64,000 bases of DNA from Monocercomonoides exilis PA203. Taxonomy: Eukaryota; Protista; Preaxostyla. The translations under genes and the position numbers were made by a program. The notes below the pieces were generated by a model. It was not told the DNA's origin and searched no databases. It worked only from the letters and a program-made list of their open reading frames with translations. Positions within the stretch are counted from its first letter, which is position 1. The number at the start of each line of letters is the position of its first letter. The stretch covers positions 124,001-188,000 of the forward strand of contig LSRY02000069.1 of NCBI GenBank assembly GCA_001643675.2. Reading direction: 5' to 3'. Positions 58,923-64,000 of the stretch are shown here, piece by piece.

Positions 58923-61719
58923 ATTACGAAGTTTGATCAAAATATTTTTTCATTAAGGGTGGGGTTGAAAAGAAAATATTTCAGAAAAAATTTGAAAAAA
59001 ATATGCATTAATATATTATTATAATTATTAATTTGTTGATTTTAATTTGATTTTAATTGTTTTTATTACAAAATTTGAAGAAAACATAAAAAATTAATTG
59101 AAAATATCGATAATTCAATAAACAGAACGATTCAAATGTTCACTGGTATTTTAAACGTGAAAACAATAATAACAATATGAAATTAATCAATTTTTTATTT
59201 AAAAAACTTGTTTTATGATGTTAATGCAAAGTAATTTATAAATTGACTATGAAGATCTTGAAACATTTATAGAAAACGAATAATTTTCATTAACACATAT
59301 TGAGAAATATGATGGAAGCACATAATATTTGTCGAATAAACAATTGTTCATTGTTAATAATTGTATTTAAATTAATAATTCTTTAAATTAGTTATTTAAA
59401 TTAATTGATCAAAGCTATTGAAAAAAATTACAAAAGAAACAATATGATATTTAAGAATTTCTCATTCAGACACTTTTTAATCTTCCACAGAACGAAAATC
59501 TTCACTTGAACTTTTTCTTTTTCCCCTCTCTCAATTCTTCATCATCTTCCTCATCTTTCATCCTTCATCCTGATACTACCTCCTCAGTTGCTCGGCTTTT
59601 GCAGGCTGCTCTTTTTATATGCAGACTCCACAAACACCTTTTTCATATGCAACTGTGGAAGCGGTTGAAGTGCGTGTGTCTTATAACAACTGCGCCCTCT
59701 CCTTTTCATGTATATTGTGTCAGTTTCTGCATCCACTTCCTCTGAACTTAAATTCCTCTCAGTCTCGTTTTCTTTGATCACTGTCGCTGCCCTCGATGTT
59801 GTCAGCCCACCCACACTGGCCGGAAAGACTGTCTCGAGGTTGGCGGTCCAGACATTAGAAATGTCTTCGCTTTGGGCTTTGCCAACATCACCAGCATCGT
59901 GCTGTCATGCAGCGGGACAGTTCTAGCGGGAAAGCGGAGAGGAGATGTGCAGAAGACTGTGCTGCCTAGGCGTGAGTGTTCACCAGTTGCTCGCATTGAT
60001 TTGCATCCTCATCCAGTGCATCATCACTTGCTCAACAAACAGCGACTGCCTCTTTCTCGACTGCTCCCACAAAGCTGTCGCATCTGCCAACCCCATTTCC
60101 ATCCTCGCTCTCCGCTGAGCCTTGAATAACGCCTTTGCGGGCAAGTGCATCTTTCTCCAGTGCTGCAGCATCCAAGCCAAAACAACGAGTTCCTCTTTTC
60201 CCTTCGCTTTTTCCAACTCTCTCTCGTCACGGAAGCCTCCTTTTGCGACACCAACTCCTCCCGTCCCGGCCTCAACTTCGATGCCGGTCACGATCTCATC
60301 CTCTTCTTCTTCTACTGCGCCCAACAGATATTCGTCGATAAAGCCACCAGATCATCCGCTTGCCCTTTAATCCTCTGAATCGATAACACTCGTCAATATC
60401 TTTTGGATCTCCTCCTTCTCTTTCGAAGCCCATATCCCTCTTGCCAAAATCCGATTCTGGTTTATCTCCAGAAGTCTTGATCATGTTCATTTGAACACCA
60501 TCAGTTGGCTTCCGTTGTGTTTCTCAATGACTGCATCATCCTTTAAGCCACCTCTCCTTCAAATGTTCCTTCGCATCCTCCCTTTTTTCTCCTTCCAACC
60601 AACGTGCCTGCATCAACTCCAAGCTTCTTTGTGCATGCAAAAACACCACTCACCTCTCCAACGCACCTGTTCGTCCCTTTCGCCTCTTTCCTTATGCTTC
60701 TTGTACTCTCACTGCTTTCTCCCTTAATCTCTTCCACATCAACCTCTCAGTTCTCAAAGTTGCTTCAACTTTGCTTATGCTTGACGATGAATCAATAAGC
60801 ATCTTTGAACATCTTTTAATAACAGTCCTCGCCATTGTTAGCAAAAGCATAGTTTTTCTTTATCTTTCTGGAATATAAATGTCAGAAATCTCCTTCATCA
60901 TGATGCGCTTTATCTTTACTATCATTTTTCTCGGCTAGCTCTGTCGAAGCATGCTCGAAGGCCACTTTCAACTCACCAACAACAGCCTCTCCATCCTGAA
61001 TTACCCCTCCACCTTCCACAACAGCAACTGCTTTAACTTTTGTGTACTCCTCATTGCCTAACCCTGGAAAGGCTCCTGAATGCTCTTTCATTTACTCACA
61101 TAGAAACGAAACGGTGGATATTCTTTCCTCTGCTTCGCCAATCAATTCCCTTTCATGATGATTGTTGCAATGCTCCAAAGAGCATATGAAAAAGAAGAAA
61201 CGGACGGAATGGTTCTGACATTCAACGAACTCTTCTTGCTTCATTGTCGCGTACTGTTACTGTTCGTCGACGTCTTCTCTTCAAACTTCTCTCCATTTCT
61301 TTTTAACTTTAACATTTATCAATAACTTCATTTTTTTCTTTCAAATTTCCAACCATCATTTATTGACAAATCAAATTCTTCTTCTCTTTATCTTCATTCT
61401 CTTCATTCACTTATCATCTTCTTTTCATTTTTTTTAAAGAAGTTGATTTCTTCATAAATTCCATTCTTTTTAATTTCTGCTATTATCCATTATGAAGATG
61501 CAAAAAATGAAGAAATACGATTAGGAAAAGAAGAAAAAGTGATCGTAGTAGTAGAAGTGAAATGGAAAGAGGAAGAGGAAGAAGAGGAAGAAGAGGAAGA
61601 AGAGGAAGAAGAGGAAGAATAGGAAGAAGAGGAAGAAGGAGAAGTAGAAGAAGAAGAAGAAGAAATAGCCTCATCAATCGAAAGCGGAAGCGAAGAAAAC
61701 GGAACTCTTAAAGCCAGGC

Positions 61720-64000
61720 TCACAAAACGATCATGAATGAAGAAAGAAGAAGAAGAAGAAGAAGAAGAAGAAGAAGAAGAAGAAGAAGAAAGAGAGGAAG
61801 AAGAAGAAGAAGAAGAAGAAGAAGAAGAAGAAGAAAGAGAGGAAGAAGAAGAAGAAGAAGAAGAAGAAGAAGAAGAAGAAGAAGAAGAAGAAGCGTAGAA
61901 AAAGAAATATCCAAGAAGGAGAAAGAAGGAGAAGAAGGAGAAGAAGGTGAAGAAGAAGGTGAAGAAGAAGAAAAGGAAGAAGAAGAAGAATAAATTGAAG
62001 AAGAAGAAGAAGAAGAAGAAGCAGAGAATGAGGCATTGAGTGTGCCAGTAGCAGCTGAGGCTGTTGAGAAAGCATCGACTGAACGGCTAGCTGTCTGCAC
62101 ACTCCGACGAGAATTCCGCGATGCGGCAGTGATCGCTCTTCTTACCTCTCTTCTTTCTCCTCTTCTGCTTTGTCTGCTGATATTCTCAACTTCTTCTTCT
62201 TCTAAACTTCTTTCTCTTTCTCCCTCATTTTCAATTTCAATATCGTCTCTTTCTTCTCTTTCGTTTGAACTTCCTTCGTCATTATCGTTGTCATTATCTT
62301 CTTCATTCTCTTCATTTTCAGCTTCTTCTGAATCCAGCGGTGTTATATGCTTTCTATTTAAGCTGCTTTTGATGTCTGCAGGAATTAGTTCTGGAGGGGT
62401 TGGGGAAGCGATCTGGGCGATGAAGGGATTATTTTCTGAAGTTGCATTGTTTTGAGCAAAATTCGAAGGAGATAGCGGACTTGGGCTGAATACGTGCTTT
62501 CTATCTGAATCTATGGAAGTTTCTCTTATATCACCTTCTTTATTATTATCATCCACTTCTTTGTTACTTCCTTCTTCTTTTCCTTCCTCTTTCCTCTTCT
62601 TCGCATACGCCTCCCCTCCCATTCTTGTCATCTTCAGCACGATCCCAAAGATATCCATCTCCACCAGCTGCTTTCTAAAAGCCCCGCTAATCTCGCACAC
62701 AACCACCACAAAACTCAGCACATTCGCCAAGTTAATTCCCTCCATCGTCTCCAGCAGCTGCGGAACAACAGAAGAGAGCAAGATATGTGTGGAAGGCCAG
62801 GAGGGGAAACTGATTCTGATAGAAGACAAAGAATGTGCTATGCGTCTGTCTTGCTTGGCAAAGTGGGTTAAGGCGCGGGAGGCGTAGACGAGAGGAGGAG
62901 TTGGGCAGAGGCGGAGGTAGGCGTTGGGGCTGGTGGAGGAGAGGGAAGAGAGAGAGGTGAGGGAAGGGAACTTGGTGAAAAAGAGGGATATGAGAAGGCG
63001 GATGAAGCAGGTGCCGGAGTCGAAGGGAAGTTTTTGGTCGGAAGAGGAATATGAAGAGGGAGAGTAAAAGGGAGAGGAAGAAGAAGAATACATTGCTTCC
63101 GTCGCATTTGCTGCTGATGCGATTCTTCCACTTCCACTTCCACCCCCACCAGGAGAAGAAGCCGGAGAAAAGAAAATCGACGCTTTTTCCTCCGGTTTCT
63201 GGTACAGCTGCAGCGCAATCCTGTCTTCCATCACGTCCTCTGCCCCAAAGCCCAGTTCAGCAAAGGCCGAAATGCAAGCGACAGCCAAAGAGACTGTGCG
63301 TGGTGTGTGCGTGAGCGGGTTGATCAGCTTCAGCATCGACTCGAACGTGAACGAGTACATCTTCACTGCCAGCATTTCGCAGGGGCAGCCAAACCGCACT
63401 CCATTATATTCCCTCCTTCTTGTGATTGAAGTGATAGCGCTGTCAGCGTCAGGCCGGTTGTGTCTCGTGCCCAGCATCACCACGAAGAACTGCAGGGCGC
63501 CAAAAATAAGCTCATCTGGAACTGATCTCAGCCCTGCAGACGCCCACTCGATGGCTCTGAGGGAATCCAGCGACAGACGCTCGCTTTCTCCCCTCTTCGC
63601 TGCCTCCAACAGGATCTGCAGGACGGTTGTCTGAAGAGCTGTGTTTGGGATACCAATAAAAGGAGCATGCGAGGCATTGCAACTGAAATGTGCTCAAAGC
63701 TGACAGCAGACGATGCAAACAGCGCGACATGCGAGGCGGAGAGGGAGCGGTCGACCTCGCAGTACCTCTTCATCTGCTCTGCATTCAGTAGCTCAGGAAA
63801 GATCGGGTTCCACAAGTCGAAGTACTTTGAGGGCGGGTGAGTTTCAGCCAGGCGGTTGAGGGCGAGCAAAGCAGCGTGCTGGACGGTGGGGGAACTGATG
63901 CGCAGGCATTCTTTTGCCCATTTGGCTCCTGTGATGTCAGGGTCGTCGATGCTGTCGCCGCCGCTGAAGAAAGAGGCGAGGACGTCTGTGGTAGCAGAGC
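61720..64000 (-). CDS. Large hypothetical host protein, helical (ARM/HEAT-like) with acidic and Ser-rich tracts; 5'-partial and frameshifted
   Basis: ORF 61720..63609 (629 aa) plus 63528..63869 in another frame. Amphipathic helices (VYASRALTHFA, LANVLSFVVVVCEISGAFRKQLVEMDIFGIVLKM). May continue through 59584-61723. Confidence 0.45.
61741..61893. repeat. (GAA)n microsatellite
   Basis: Tandem GAA with two AAGAGG interruptions. Confidence 0.9.

Overview
AT-rich, intron-containing eukaryotic DNA. The GTTTG splice donors, (GAA)n Ser/Glu tracts and copies of an expanded beta-helix-like family suggest an oxymonad such as Monocercomonoides (inference). Most host-like genes are interrupted by stops. 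The middle of the window (14.6-59 kb) is a dense, partly nested cluster of DNA transposons. It holds two complete hAT elements with 8-bp TSDs (one with a disrupted transposase) plus an orphan hAT end, and three GG-ended elements with 8-bp TSDs (Merlin-like), one carrying host cargo between ~300-bp TIRs. It also holds GGG-ended MITE/foldback elements and long near-perfect inverted repeats. The main candidate system is a Sola(2)-like DDD transposase (54228-58154) with a USP/peptidase-C19 deubiquitinase domain inserted in frame. It is preceded by a 273-bp-arm hairpin and followed by a GC-rich, pseudoknot-capable RNA structure. A diverged relative (46985-49433, minus strand) keeps the N-terminus and USP but has no DDD core, and sits between 587-bp inverted repeats. 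An intact intronless 938-aa protein of 30 ankyrin-like 30-aa repeats lies at 11162-13978. All family calls come from motif recognition by eye; no database searches were run.
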